A stretch of DNA of 64,000 nucleotides from a virus (Duplodnaviria; Heunggongvirae; Uroviricota; Caudoviricetes). The translations under genes and the position numbers were made by a program. Below, piece by piece: positions 18,587 to 28,513 of this stretch (positions are counted from its first letter, which is position 1; each line of letters opens with the position of its first letter). The DNA lies in IMG/VR virus record IMGVR_UViG_3300006167_000001. The stretch is one strand, 5' to 3'. Under the pieces are notes generated by a model. That model worked only from the letters and a program-made list of their open reading frames with translations. It did not search any database and was not told where the DNA came from.

Positions 18587-19141
18587 TTGACCAGAAACGA
18601 GCTTATCGATCAATATTTTGATTGGATGTACCAGCTCGTGGTCGACAACCGATATTCTAAGTCCTATCGTAAGCTGTTTGCCAGGCTGCACGATACGGAA
18701 TTCACATACACGATTCCGATGGACGGCAACCGGGCCGAAGACGGCATCGACCTTAGATATCGGTTCGGTCGCGAGTATTCCTATCCGGACGCTATGATTG
18801 CGTCATATTTGGATGACCGTCCGTGCAGCATTCTGGAGATGATGACGGCCCTTGCGATTCGTTGCGAAGAGCACATCATGGATGACCCCGACATTGGCAA
18901 CCGTACCGGACAATGGTTCTGGAGTATGTTGGTCAATCTTGGACTCGGTTCCATGTATGATGCTAAGTTTGACAGATACCGTGTTGACAGGATTCTTGAA
19001 CGACTCCTGGATCGCGAGTACGGACGTAATGGCAAGGGTGGTCTGTTTACCGTCAACAATGGCCGAGACATGCGGACAACGGAAATCTGGTATCAGATGA
19101 ACTATTACCTCAGTGAGGTTATTAGAGAAGGGAACACTTAA
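18587..19141 (+). CDS. hypothetical protein
   Basis: TTG start after GGGAGG. 184 aa. Confidence 0.45.
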   Translation: MTRNELIDQYFDWMYQLVVDNRYSKSYRKLFARLHDTEFTYTIPMDGNRAEDGIDLRYRFGREYSYPDAMIASYLDDRPCSILEMMTALAIRCEEHIMDDPDIGNRTGQWFWSMLVNLGLGSMYDAKFDRYRVDRILERLLDREYGRNGKGGLFTVNNGRDMRTTEIWYQMNYYLSEVIREGNT

Positions 19142-19142
19142 C

Positions 19143-19712
19143 ATGAAGAAAATTCCTACACTCTTTGAGCGTGTGTATGAAAACCACAAAATCGTCGGAA
19201 TAACCGAAGTGGTAACACCGGGTTTCGAGTGGGTGCTTGCCGGCGGTGGTATCAGCACTATCAAATATGATGGTAGCTGTTGTGCTATCATCAACGGCGA
19301 ACTCTACAAGCGTTATGATGCCAAGAAAGGCAAAAAACCTCCAGTTGGAGCGATTCCTTGTTGTGCCCCGGATTCCGTGACGGGTCACTGGCCCCATTGG
19401 GTAAAGTGCGATCGGAACAATCCGTCTGACAAATGGTTCTGGGCGGCGTATGATGCGTCTCCCTTGGCCAGAATGGATGGAACCTATGAGGCCATAGGTG
19501 TTCACTTCCAAGGAAATCCTTATCAGCAGCAGGTCGACTTACTCTATCCTCATGGCGTGGATATCTGCGAGGTGGACCGGAGCTTTGAGGGTATCCGGGC
19601 TTATCTGGAAAGTCACAACATCGAAGGAATTGTGTTTTGGCTTGATAATGAGCCTCAGTGTAAAATTAAAAGAAGCGATTTTGGCTTTAGTTGGCCGGCG
19701 AAAGGAGACTAA
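19143..19712 (+). CDS. RNA-ligase-like nucleotidyltransferase (KxDG motif)
   Basis: TIKYDGSCCAII contains the covalent-nucleotidyltransferase motif I KxDG. Size (~190 aa) fits minimal RNA-ligase family proteins. Confidence 0.45.
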   Translation: MKKIPTLFERVYENHKIVGITEVVTPGFEWVLAGGGISTIKYDGSCCAIINGELYKRYDAKKGKKPPVGAIPCCAPDSVTGHWPHWVKCDRNNPSDKWFWAAYDASPLARMDGTYEAIGVHFQGNPYQQQVDLLYPHGVDICEVDRSFEGIRAYLESHNIEGIVFWLDNEPQCKIKRSDFGFSWPAKGD

Positions 19713-19719
19713 GCTTAAC

Positions 19720-19968
19720 ATGGCAAAGAAGAAAAATATCGTCCCCATCAACTCTATGCAGGACCTGGTTGACTTGGTCAATCACAACTCCCAGGTTCTC
19801 GATCGGCGGACCAAAAAGCTGGTTAAGAGCGCCCGGAATATGAAGATTCTGTGCTTCATCGCGGTAGGCTATGCCATTTACACCGCCATCGAATGCCGGA
19901 AACAGGAAGAACAGCTCTATCAGCTTTCCATCAAGGTGAAGAAGCTGGAGCACAACGAAGGGGAGTAA
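19720..19968 (+). CDS. small membrane protein
   Basis: RBS GGAGACT. TM ILCFIAVGYAIYTAI. Confidence 0.45.
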   Translation: MAKKKNIVPINSMQDLVDLVNHNSQVLDRRTKKLVKSARNMKILCFIAVGYAIYTAIECRKQEEQLYQLSIKVKKLEHNEGE

Positions 19969-19976
19969 GCGATCCA

Positions 19977-22900
19977 ATGTTAGACTTCTTGATGATATCC
20001 ACGCGCCCAGGTAAGCGCGGCATCATCGAGATCTACCCAAGGTTTATCATCAAAAAAAGCAGCGACCTCATGATAAGAGGCGGAGACTTCTACGCTGTTT
20101 GGGTCGATGACCGTGGGTTATGGTCGACCGATGAACAAGATGCGGTTGACTTGATCGACCGCGAATTAGACCAATATGCTGAGGAGAACCGCCAGCGCTT
20201 TGACAACAACATTCGTGTCCTCCATATGTGGGATGCTGAGACTGGCATGATCGATTCATGGCATAAATACTGTCAGAAACAGATGAAAGACCAGTTTCAT
20301 ATGCTCGATGAAGAACTGATATTTGCCAACACCAAGACCGGAAAACGAGATTATGCCAGTAAGTCTTTGAGTTATCCTCTGGAACCTGGAGAGACACCGG
20401 CATGGGAGAAACTCATTAGCACTTTATATTCTCCAGAGGAGCGGCACAAGATCGAATGGTGTATTGGTTCTATCGTAACCGGCGCTTCCAAGAGGCTGCA
20501 AAAGTTCATGGTGTTCTACGGAGCCGTTGGCACCGGTAAAAGTACCATCATCAATGTTATCCAGCAACTCTTCGATGGGTACTACACCAGCTTCAATGCC
20601 AAAGATCTTGGCTCCTCCAGCAATGCTTTCGCATTGGAGGCGTTTCGTTCAAACCCGCTGGTGGCGATTCAGCACGACGGGGACCTCTCACGCATTGAGG
20701 ACAATACCCGCATCAATAGTTTGGTGTCTCACGAGCTGATGACCGTCAATGAGAAGTTTCGGTCCGCCTACTCAAACCGATTCAAGGCGTTCCTTATCAT
20801 GGGTACAAACAAGCCCGTAAAGATTACGGACGCCAAGTCAGGCATCATCCGTAGACTGATTGACGTGTCTCCTACGGGGGATAAGGTTCCGCCGGGAGAG
20901 TATCGCACGCTCACCAAGCAAATTCCTTTTGAGCTCGGCGGCATCGCCTATCACTGTCAGGAAGTATATTTGGAAGACCCTGACTATTACGATGACTATA
21001 TCCCTATCTCAATGCTCGGAGCCTCTAACGACTTCTACAACTTTGTCGTTGATTCTTACCATGTGTTTAAGCGGGAAGATGGTGTTTCTCTGAAATCCGC
21101 TTGGGAAATGTACAAGACCTATTGCGACGATGCGAAGGTTCTGTATCCCTTGTCTCGAATGATATTTAAGGAAGAATTGCGAAACTACTTCCGAGAATAC
21201 GAGGAGCGATTCAACATGGAGGATGGAACTCGTGTGCGGAGCTACTATCACGGGTTTCGGACAGAAAAGTTTGAGGAACCTGCTTCGGACGAAAAGGAGG
21301 GAACTGCAAGTGCGCGAAACACTGACCATCAACCAACGATTGAGTTCGCAGAAGGTATTTCTTCCGTCTTTGATTCTTGCTGCACAGATTGCCCGGCTCA
21401 GTATGCAGGAACCGAAGGAACCCCGCAGCGAAAATGGGAGAGAGTTCGCACTAAACTTTCGCAACTGGACACCTCCCAGCTCCACTATGTAAAGCTGCCG
21501 GAGAACCATATTGTCATCGACTTTGATATTCCGGACGAACAAGGTAATAAGTCCTTTGAACGGAATCTGGCCGAGGCGAGTAAATGGCCGGCGACATATG
21601 CAGAGGTAAGCAAGAGCGGCTGCGGCATCCATCTGCACTACATCTATTCCGGAGACGTGACTCGGCTCAGTCGGATTTATGATGACCATATTGAAATTAA
21701 GGTCTTCACCGGCAATAGCTCACTACGCCGGAAACTTTCCAAATGCAACAACCTGCCTATCGCTACGATAAGCTCTGGATTACCGTTGAAAGGGGAAAAC
21801 AACGTGGTAAATGCCAAAGTGGTTCAAAGCGAGAAAGGGCTTAGACTCCAGATTAAACGTAATCTCAACAAAGAGATCCATCCGGCTACTAAGCCCAGCA
21901 TCGACTTTATCTACAAAATTTTGACGGATGCGTATGAAAGCGGCATGACCTATGATGTCACCGATATGCGCAACGCCGTCCTGGCCTTTGCAGCTAATAG
22001 CAGCAACCAGGCGGAATACTGCATCAAGCTTGTGAACAAGATGCCGTTCAAATCCGCCGAAGATGGCCCGGGAGTAAAAAACGACGAGGCTAAGCTCGTC
22101 TTTTACGACGTGGAGGTGTTCCCGAACCTGTTCTTGGTGAACTGGAAAATTGAAGGACCCAACCAACCCGTTGTAAGGATGATTAACCCGAAGCCCCAGG
22201 AAATCGAGGAGCTGATGAAGTTCCGTCTCGTCGGGTTCAACTGCCGCCGGTACGACAACCATATTCTCTATGCTCGTCTGATGGGCTATACGGAAGAGCA
22301 GCTCTACAACCTCTCCCAGAAGATCATTAGCAGCGAGAAGAAAGCCAAGAGCAACAACTGCTTCTTCGGTGAGGCCTATAACGTCTCTTATACGGACGTT
22401 TATGACTTCTGCTCCAAGAAACAGAGCCTGAAGAAATGGGAGATCGAACTCGGCATTCACCATCAGGAGTTGGGACTTCCTTGGGATCAGCCTGTTCCCG
22501 AGCATTTGTGGCAAAAGGTTGCGGAATATTGCGACAACGATGTCATCGCAACCGAAGCAGTGTTCAATGCTCGCAAGGCTGACTTTGTGGCTCGTGAAAT
22601 CCTGGCTGACGTGGCCGGCATGACGGTCAATGACACCACCAACACTCTGACCACCAAAATTATATTTGGAGGGAACAAGAAACCCCAGGATCAGTTCAAC
22701 TACCGCGACATGGGTGACACGAACCAGATCTACGACCCCGACCGGGATCTCCCGTTCGAGATGGGACCGAAAGAGTTCGATGAGTTCACGGTTTTCGACA
22801 AGAAGGGTCGTCCCATCTTCCCGGGCTACAAGTTCGAGAATGGTAAGTCCATCTATCGCGGCGAGGAAGTTGGTGAAGGCGGATACGTCTATGCTGAGCC

Positions 22901-24116
22901 TGGTATGTACGGCAACATCGCTCTGCTGGACATCGCCAGTATGCACCCGTCAAGCATCATCGCCGAGGTCCTGTTCGGCCCTGAGTTCACCAAGCGGTTC
23001 CAGGAAATCCGGGATGCCCGTGTTGCCATCAAGCATAAGGACTTCGAGAAGGCGAAGAAAATGCTGAATGGCGCTTTGGCGAAGTACCTGACAGATGAAG
23101 GAGCAGCGGCTGACTTGGCTCAGGCTCTGAAGATCGCCATCAACTCGGTGTATGGCTTGACTTCGGCCAGCTTCGAGAACCCATTCCGGGACAACCGGAA
23201 CAAAGACAATATTGTTGCCAAGCGTGGAGCCCTGTTCATGGTCAACCTCAAACATGAGGTCCAGAAACGGGGCTTTACTGTTGCCCACATCAAGACGGAC
23301 TCCATCAAAATCCCCGATGCGACACCGGAGATCATCAAGTTCGTCATGGACTACGGCGAGAAGTACGGCTATACCTTTGAGCATGAGGCTACCTATGACC
23401 GGATGTGCCTCGTGAACAATGCTGTCTACATCGCCAAGTATAAGGACGGTAAGCACGCCGGCGAGTGGACGGCCACCGGCACCCAGTTCCAGATTCCCTA
23501 TGTGTTCAAGAAGTTGTTCAGCCGTGAAGAGATTACCTTTGAGGACATGTGCGAGACCAAGAGTGTGACCAGCGCACTCTATCTGGACATGAATGAGGAT
23601 TTGCCAGACATATCAGCGTATGAAAAAGAGCACGCGGCCCTTTGGAAAGATATTTGCAATGTACAGCTTCCCCATGATTCTGAGATGGAGCGAAAATGCG
23701 CAAGGGCTGAAGAACTGTCTCAGCTTATTGAACAGGGACACAACTACATCTTCATCGGAAAAGTCGGCCAGTTCTGTCCGATAAAGCCCGGATACAATGG
23801 CGGCCTGCTTCTGCGAGAGGTCATTGACAAAAAGACAGGCACAAAGAGCTATGCCGCAGCTACCGGGGCCAAGGGTTATCGCTGGCTGGAATCTGAGATG
23901 GTCAAACATCTGGAGAAAGAAGACGGTATTGACCGGAGCTACTATGACGCCATGGTTGATGCGGCCATCCATGATATTTCCCAGTACGGTGACTTCGAGT
24001 GGTTTGTGTCTGATGACCCCTACATTCAGTCGAATCCTTCGGACAATATCCCGCCCTGGGAGACCCCAGGCGAACCGTGGCAGGTGGAGTCGGCGACGGT
24101 ATTTGATGTGCGTTGA
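19977..24116 (+). CDS. SF3/P-loop helicase + AEP primase-polymerase (PrimPol) + family-B DNA polymerase (phi29-like) fusion protein
   Basis: Walker A FYGAVGTGKST. AEP motifs IVIDFDIPDE and SGCGIHLHY. Exo I FYDVEVF, Exo III YCDNDVIATEAVF. Pol motif A DIASMHPS, motif B KIAINSVYG, motif C IKTDSI, KxY AKYKDGK. Confidence 0.9.
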   Translation: MLDFLMISTRPGKRGIIEIYPRFIIKKSSDLMIRGGDFYAVWVDDRGLWSTDEQDAVDLIDRELDQYAEENRQRFDNNIRVLHMWDAETGMIDSWHKYCQKQMKDQFHMLDEELIFANTKTGKRDYASKSLSYPLEPGETPAWEKLISTLYSPEERHKIEWCIGSIVTGASKRLQKFMVFYGAVGTGKSTIINVIQQLFDGYYTSFNAKDLGSSSNAFALEAFRSNPLVAIQHDGDLSRIEDNTRINSLVSHELMTVNEKFRSAYSNRFKAFLIMGTNKPVKITDAKSGIIRRLIDVSPTGDKVPPGEYRTLTKQIPFELGGIAYHCQEVYLEDPDYYDDYIPISMLGASNDFYNFVVDSYHVFKREDGVSLKSAWEMYKTYCDDAKVLYPLSRMIFKEELRNYFREYEERFNMEDGTRVRSYYHGFRTEKFEEPASDEKEGTASARNTDHQPTIEFAEGISSVFDSCCTDCPAQYAGTEGTPQRKWERVRTKLSQLDTSQLHYVKLPENHIVIDFDIPDEQGNKSFERNLAEASKWPATYAEVSKSGCGIHLHYIYSGDVTRLSRIYDDHIEIKVFTGNSSLRRKLSKCNNLPIATISSGLPLKGENNVVNAKVVQSEKGLRLQIKRNLNKEIHPATKPSIDFIYKILTDAYESGMTYDVTDMRNAVLAFAANSSNQAEYCIKLVNKMPFKSAEDGPGVKNDEAKLVFYDVEVFPNLFLVNWKIEGPNQPVVRMINPKPQEIEELMKFRLVGFNCRRYDNHILYARLMGYTEEQLYNLSQKIISSEKKAKSNNCFFGEAYNVSYTDVYDFCSKKQSLKKWEIELGIHHQELGLPWDQPVPEHLWQKVAEYCDNDVIATEAVFNARKADFVAREILADVAGMTVNDTTNTLTTKIIFGGNKKPQDQFNYRDMGDTNQIYDPDRDLPFEMGPKEFDEFTVFDKKGRPIFPGYKFENGKSIYRGEEVGEGGYVYAEPGMYGNIALLDIASMHPSSIIAEVLFGPEFTKRFQEIRDARVAIKHKDFEKAKKMLNGALAKYLTDEGAAADLAQALKIAINSVYGLTSASFENPFRDNRNKDNIVAKRGALFMVNLKHEVQKRGFTVAHIKTDSIKIPDATPEIIKFVMDYGEKYGYTFEHEATYDRMCLVNNAVYIAKYKDGKHAGEWTATGTQFQIPYVFKKLFSREEITFEDMCETKSVTSALYLDMNEDLPDISAYEKEHAALWKDICNVQLPHDSEMERKCARAEELSQLIEQGHNYIFIGKVGQFCPIKPGYNGGLLLREVIDKKTGTKSYAAATGAKGYRWLESEMVKHLEKEDGIDRSYYDAMVDAAIHDISQYGDFEWFVSDDPYIQSNPSDNIPPWETPGEPWQVESATVFDVR

Positions 24117-24145
24117 CGCGCCAAATCAACAATCTATGCAATAGA

Positions 24146-24188
24146 GAGGATACCTAATAGGTGTCTTCTTTTATATTTTGAAAGGAGA
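24146..24188 (+). terminator. late-type module: hairpin terminator + TTTTATATTTT + GAAAGGAG
   Basis: gaggatacc-taata-ggtgtcttc then TTTTATATTTT. Near-duplicate at 24822-24866. Same architecture at ~29785, 33760, 36278 and 46447, with loops containing CGGAAACG. Confidence 0.6.
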
Positions 24189-24194
24189 AACGTT

Positions 24195-24737
24195 ATGAAA
24201 GTCATGAGAAAGCAGGAGATGGAGACCAACAATATTCAAATTGGGGATCAGATCCAGCTCGGTAAGTACACGGCGACCTGCCAGAAGGTTACAGATGGGA
24301 AGGCGCTCTTCCTGCTTGACCAGTATTTGGACAAGCCCTATGCGATGAATGCAACCAACACGAACAAGGGTGGCTATGGGGCCTCTGATCTTCGTGCGGA
24401 GTTCAAGAACATCATTCTCGATCCCAATTTTGACAGTATCCGCAGTTTCCTGGTTCCGTTCAAGAACGGCGATTTCATGCGGCTCCCGACGGTCGGTGAG
24501 ATGTTTGGCCACAATGATTACTACGAGATGGATGACGCACAGCAGTGGGAACTGATGAAAGATCGTCGGAACCGGATCGCTTTGAGAGAGGGCGACGAAT
24601 ATGAATGGGGCTGGCTCCAGAACGAAGTGAAAGAGTCGGCGGCTTACTTCGCCTTTGTCTACTGGGATGGTCACTCGGACTACCTTGGCGCGGCGCTCTC
24701 TGCTGGGGTTCGTCCGGCACTCCAGTTGGTTCTCTAA
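24195..24737 (+). CDS. hypothetical protein
   Basis: 180-aa ORF with RBS. Confidence 0.55.
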   Translation: MKVMRKQEMETNNIQIGDQIQLGKYTATCQKVTDGKALFLLDQYLDKPYAMNATNTNKGGYGASDLRAEFKNIILDPNFDSIRSFLVPFKNGDFMRLPTVGEMFGHNDYYEMDDAQQWELMKDRRNRIALREGDEYEWGWLQNEVKESAAYFAFVYWDGHSDYLGAALSAGVRPALQLVL

Positions 24738-24873
24738 TCTCCGCCCCTTGTAGGCGGTTATATTTTTAGCCATAAGAGCCACAACCGCTGATATGCAGAA
24801 ACAACGACCATTGTAATGAAGAGGATACCATAATCGGTGTCCTCTTTATATTTTTTGAAAAGGAGAAAACGAC

Positions 24874-25074
24874 ATGAATAAGTTTGTTCAGTTCTTTGCG
24901 GAAGGTATCATCTATTACCGGGATAAGAAGGGCCGTCCCTGTGGCGTGAAGGAGCGCCGCATGGGGGGGGGCGTAACGCTCGGCAACGCTGACCTGATGG
25001 GTAAGATCTTTATGCAGTGCCCGGATCTGCTCCCCTGCGACTGGGTGGAGGTCGAGACCTGCCCAATCGGCTAA
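24874..25074 (+). CDS. hypothetical small protein containing a G9 tract (in frame)
   Basis: 66 aa. G9 at 24963-24971 encodes MGGGV. Confidence 0.45.
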   Translation: MNKFVQFFAEGIIYYRDKKGRPCGVKERRMGGGVTLGNADLMGKIFMQCPDLLPCDWVEVETCPIG

Positions 25075-25107
25075 ACAAAAAACAACCATTGAAAGGAGTT
25101 TTCAACC

Positions 25108-25599
25108 ATGGCAAACCCCAGAGTCACCGAAAACATCACGATTGAGAACGCTCATATCCTGTTCCGGAATTTCTCCGGCCGGGAGAGCAAGTACAACCGC
25201 GCCGGACAGCGCAACTTCTGCGTCTACATCGACGACCCGGAGATGGCGCAGCGCCTCATCGACGACGGCTGGAACGTCCGGGTACGTCCGCCCCGCGAGG
25301 ACGGCGACGAGCCCCGCTACTACATCCAGGTGGCGGTCAGCTTCGACAACATCCCGCCCACGATCTACATGCTGACCAAGCGGAAGAAGGTCAAGCTGGA
25401 TGAGGAGTCCATCGCCACTTTGGACTTTGCGGAGATCCGCAATATTGACCTGACCATCCGCCCCTACAACTGGATCATCCAGGAGGGCACCAAGAACGAG
25501 AAGAGCGGCGTCAAGGCATATCTGCGGACCATGTACGTCGTCATCGACGAGGATGAGTTCGCGGAGAAGTACGCCAGCGACGAGTATCCTCAGGAGTAA
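25108..25599 (+). CDS. hypothetical protein
   Basis: 163 aa. GC-rich. RBS GAAAGGAG. Confidence 0.55.
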   Translation: MANPRVTENITIENAHILFRNFSGRESKYNRAGQRNFCVYIDDPEMAQRLIDDGWNVRVRPPREDGDEPRYYIQVAVSFDNIPPTIYMLTKRKKVKLDEESIATLDFAEIRNIDLTIRPYNWIIQEGTKNEKSGVKAYLRTMYVVIDEDEFAEKYASDEYPQE

Positions 25600-25676
25600 G
25601 GAATGTGCAGGGGCGCTGGTAGGAGGTGACTGGCGCTCCTGCTCCTCGCTTTGATATTTCGCGAAAGGAGAAAACG

Positions 25677-25970
25677 ATGCCCAATGTCAGTTTGACCAAA
25701 GAGGAATGCTATTGTGGCATTGCCGAATTGTACGATACCATTGCCACAAAGCTTGGATACAACCCTGCTACTCTTTATTACGACTGCCGTAAGATATGTG
25801 TTTCAAAGCCTGTGATGGAGCAGATTTTTGCATACTACAAAGCTGAGAAGCGCGTAACAAGAGCGGCATTCAATCAACTATGGCTCAATCTTGGTCCGAA
25901 AGCCAATCTAACAGGAGATGACTACAAGGCTGATGCCCAAAATGGATTCGCCTTGGAGGCCAAGCCATGA
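25677..25970 (+). CDS. hypothetical protein
   Basis: ATG after GAAAGGAGAAAACG. Lower-GC gene. Confidence 0.5.
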   Translation: MPNVSLTKEECYCGIAELYDTIATKLGYNPATLYYDCRKICVSKPVMEQIFAYYKAEKRVTRAAFNQLWLNLGPKANLTGDDYKADAQNGFALEAKP

Positions 25971-26332
25971 ATGACTATTCATACTGCAACGCAATTTTTG
26001 TTGACGGCCTGAAAGCATTCTTGGATTACACCACTCCACACGCATTTGACAACGCGGTGACGAATGGATTAGCTATCCGCAGACGTTTGCAAAAAAGTGA
26101 TTTTGAAAAACGTTGTATTCAGAGATGGGCCATCTCTGAGTTGATGGAATCGATCGTGAATAACCCCCAAGACCCTGTCGAAGACACCACTTACAAGTTT
26201 GCATTGAAGCTACTTTCTTTTGCAGCGGCTTCAACTAACGCGAGCATGAGAAAGGTGTTTCACATCGCGGCAGATTTCATCGATAAAGAGGTTATCGGTC
26301 TCTTCAGAACGAAGGAGGGAATGTGCCCGTGA
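25967..26332 (+). CDS. hypothetical protein
   Basis: 121 aa. ATGA overlap with the upstream gene. Confidence 0.5.
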   Translation: MNDYSYCNAIFVDGLKAFLDYTTPHAFDNAVTNGLAIRRRLQKSDFEKRCIQRWAISELMESIVNNPQDPVEDTTYKFALKLLSFAAASTNASMRKVFHIAADFIDKEVIGLFRTKEGMCP

Positions 26333-26808
26333 AGAAGTCTTTCTGGCGACATTTTCGACTACCAAGAAAACGCAAACCAAAACCCAAGGCGGAATTGGTG
26401 GTGTATAAGCCGCCCAAAAAGCACATGACTGAGCCTGACCGCTGGGTGCCGCCCTTTGCGGCCAATAAAGAGACCCAGCCTCTCAAAGTCGACAAGCAAG
26501 ATTTGATTATTGTGAACGAACCGAACGGTTTAGACCTCGGCAAAGTCACAGCGACCGTCGGCATTATGTTGCAGGCAAGAATGGACTATACCTTCCAGCT
26601 TTTCGTTGATGAATGCCTCGAACGGTTCAAAAACCTTGACTGGGGCGGCGTAAACGAAAGCGAAAGACGGTTAAATGATCTTAGGATTACAGCTCGGACG
26701 GGCACTGTCTGCGGCATCTATACCGAACTCACTACCGGCATTCAAATCTGGATAGCCACTGATTTGGATCAGGGAATCACGAGGATTTGTCTGTCCGACG
26801 AACGCTGA
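26329..26808 (+). CDS. hypothetical basic protein
   Basis: GTG start 9 nt after GGAGG. K/R-rich N-terminus. Confidence 0.45.
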   Translation: MKKSFWRHFRLPRKRKPKPKAELVVYKPPKKHMTEPDRWVPPFAANKETQPLKVDKQDLIIVNEPNGLDLGKVTATVGIMLQARMDYTFQLFVDECLERFKNLDWGGVNESERRLNDLRITARTGTVCGIYTELTTGIQIWIATDLDQGITRICLSDER

Positions 26809-26821
26809 AAGAGGTGTTGAT

Positions 26822-27838
26822 ATGAAACCGTTTTGGCAGAGACCGCCTAAGAAAACTAAGAAGAAAAAGCGAAAGCCCAAGGCTGCTCCGCAAAGTGATG
26901 CTTTGAAACCGCTCCCAAAATCGAAGCCTGCGCCTTGGGTTCCTCCACATCCTATAATACCGAAAGCGCCCTCTATTGAGGACATAGCGAAACCCCCTAT
27001 GACCTATCAGATCTCACCCGCTTCAAAGAAGGACGAGAAACCGATTCAGCCTTCTCTTCCCACAGAGCAAAAAGTGATTCGCCATAGAGACGAGCATATA
27101 CGGAAGGATTTTCTGAAGGCGTTCCGGAGCTTGACTAACCGTTGGCGTTCCTGGGATATTTGGACCGACTTTATTACCATGGCCGCCTGCACTATTTCAA
27201 ACTCGGTGGACAAGCTCCACTTCGATGAGCGGGAAAAGACTTATCTTCGGATTATCAAGAAGTACAGCAAACAGGAGCAAGAAATCTTTCCACAGTTGTT
27301 TGCTTATGTGGTAACTGCTTTAGAAGAAAATCCTGAACAGGACTTTCTCGGTGATATTTACACCGAACTTGGCCTGAACAGTAAGGAGCATGAGCAGATA
27401 TTTACGCCGTACAACGTTTGTCATTTCATGGCTGAGATCACGATTGACGATCTTGCAGCGCAAGTTGAATCGAAAGGTGTCGTTGAGATTCACGACTGTT
27501 GCTGTGGTGCCGGAGCGATACTAATTGCGGCGTCAAATGTTGCAAAGGAAAAGCTCGAAAAAACCGATTTCAACTACCAGAATCATATTTTGGTCACGGG
27601 GCAGGACATCGACTATCTTGTAACCATGATGTGCTACATTCAGCTCTCACTGCTCGGTATGGCCGGATATTTCAAAGTCGGCAACGCTCTCAGCGACCCA
27701 ATGACAGATAAGGATAGTTTAGACAATTATTGGTTCACTCCAATGTATTTCTTCCCTGTTTGGCATTATCGGAGAGTCTGGCACAGTATAGGCAAACTGT
27801 TTGAGCCAAATGAAGACGAAATTGAAACCGGAGGATAA
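26822..27838 (+). CDS. N6-adenine methyltransferase-like SAM-binding protein lacking NPPF/Y motif, with Lys/Pro-rich N-terminal tail
   Basis: GQIFTPYNVCHFMAEI plus IHDCCCGAGAILIAA (HsdM-like motif X/I) and GQDIDYL. No NPPY/F downstream. Confidence 0.4.
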   Translation: MKPFWQRPPKKTKKKKRKPKAAPQSDALKPLPKSKPAPWVPPHPIIPKAPSIEDIAKPPMTYQISPASKKDEKPIQPSLPTEQKVIRHRDEHIRKDFLKAFRSLTNRWRSWDIWTDFITMAACTISNSVDKLHFDEREKTYLRIIKKYSKQEQEIFPQLFAYVVTALEENPEQDFLGDIYTELGLNSKEHEQIFTPYNVCHFMAEITIDDLAAQVESKGVVEIHDCCCGAGAILIAASNVAKEKLEKTDFNYQNHILVTGQDIDYLVTMMCYIQLSLLGMAGYFKVGNALSDPMTDKDSLDNYWFTPMYFFPVWHYRRVWHSIGKLFEPNEDEIETGG

Positions 27839-28061
27839 GTCTATGCAAAAATTCACTAAAATCGAAGTCTCTTGGATGGCAGTTGAGTTTGAAAAAAATG
27901 GCAAAGGAGCACGAACAGCAGTCCAAGGAGACATCTGACAGGGAGTTCGCCAAGATGCATCAGCTCAGGTCTGAGCAATACACTGATATTTCGCAGCGAC
28001 TTCGGTTAGCTCTCAAAGAAGGCGACAAACGAATCGAAATCAAGTAAGGGAGGTAATCTCC

Positions 28062-28513
28062 ATTTTAAGTCAGGCACTATTCTCTACGGGAAAGAATGAT
28101 TGGGCAACGCCGCAGGAGCTCTTTGATGAGCTTGATGCCGAGTTCCATTTCACGCTTGATCCCCGCGCAACTCCGGAAACGGCGAAGTGCGCTAAATTCT
28201 ATACGGAAGAAGACAACGGACTTGCCCAGGATTGGACTGGAGAGACGGTGTTCTGCAATCCTCCCTACTCTGACCAACAGCAGACCGAATGGGTCAAAAA
28301 GTGCTACGAACATGGAGTCCGGGGGGGGGGGTAGCAGTTATGCTGATCCCGGCCAGAACCGACACAAAACGCTTCCATGAATACATTTATGGAAACGCGG
28401 AAATACGCTTTATCAAAGGCCGGCTGAAGTTTGGTGGATGCGAAAACTCTGCGCCCTTCCCCTCCATGATCGTTGTATTCGGAAAAGAACCTACTGAAAG
28501 GAGGCCGCGGCCA
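28062..28513 (+). pseudogene. phage Dam-family N6-adenine DNA methyltransferase interrupted by an 11-nt poly-G tract (frameshift); no canonical start codon
   Basis: N-part DWATPQELFDELDAEFHFTLDP...FCNPPYS...KKCYEHGVRGGG* stops right after G11 (28321-28331). The next frame continues VAVMLIPARTDTKRFHEYIYGNAEIRFIKGRLKFG...SMIVVF and runs without a stop into the helicase. G9 or G12 would restore the frame. Confidence 0.6.

Noticed and set aside
20068-22946. Minus-strand ORFs 20068..20403, 21009..21689, 21780..22946 (388 aa) from the six-frame track
   Set aside because: Fully embedded antisense to the 1380-aa replicase ORF with strong domain evidence. Typical shadow ORFs in GC-rich coding DNA. 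No RBS.
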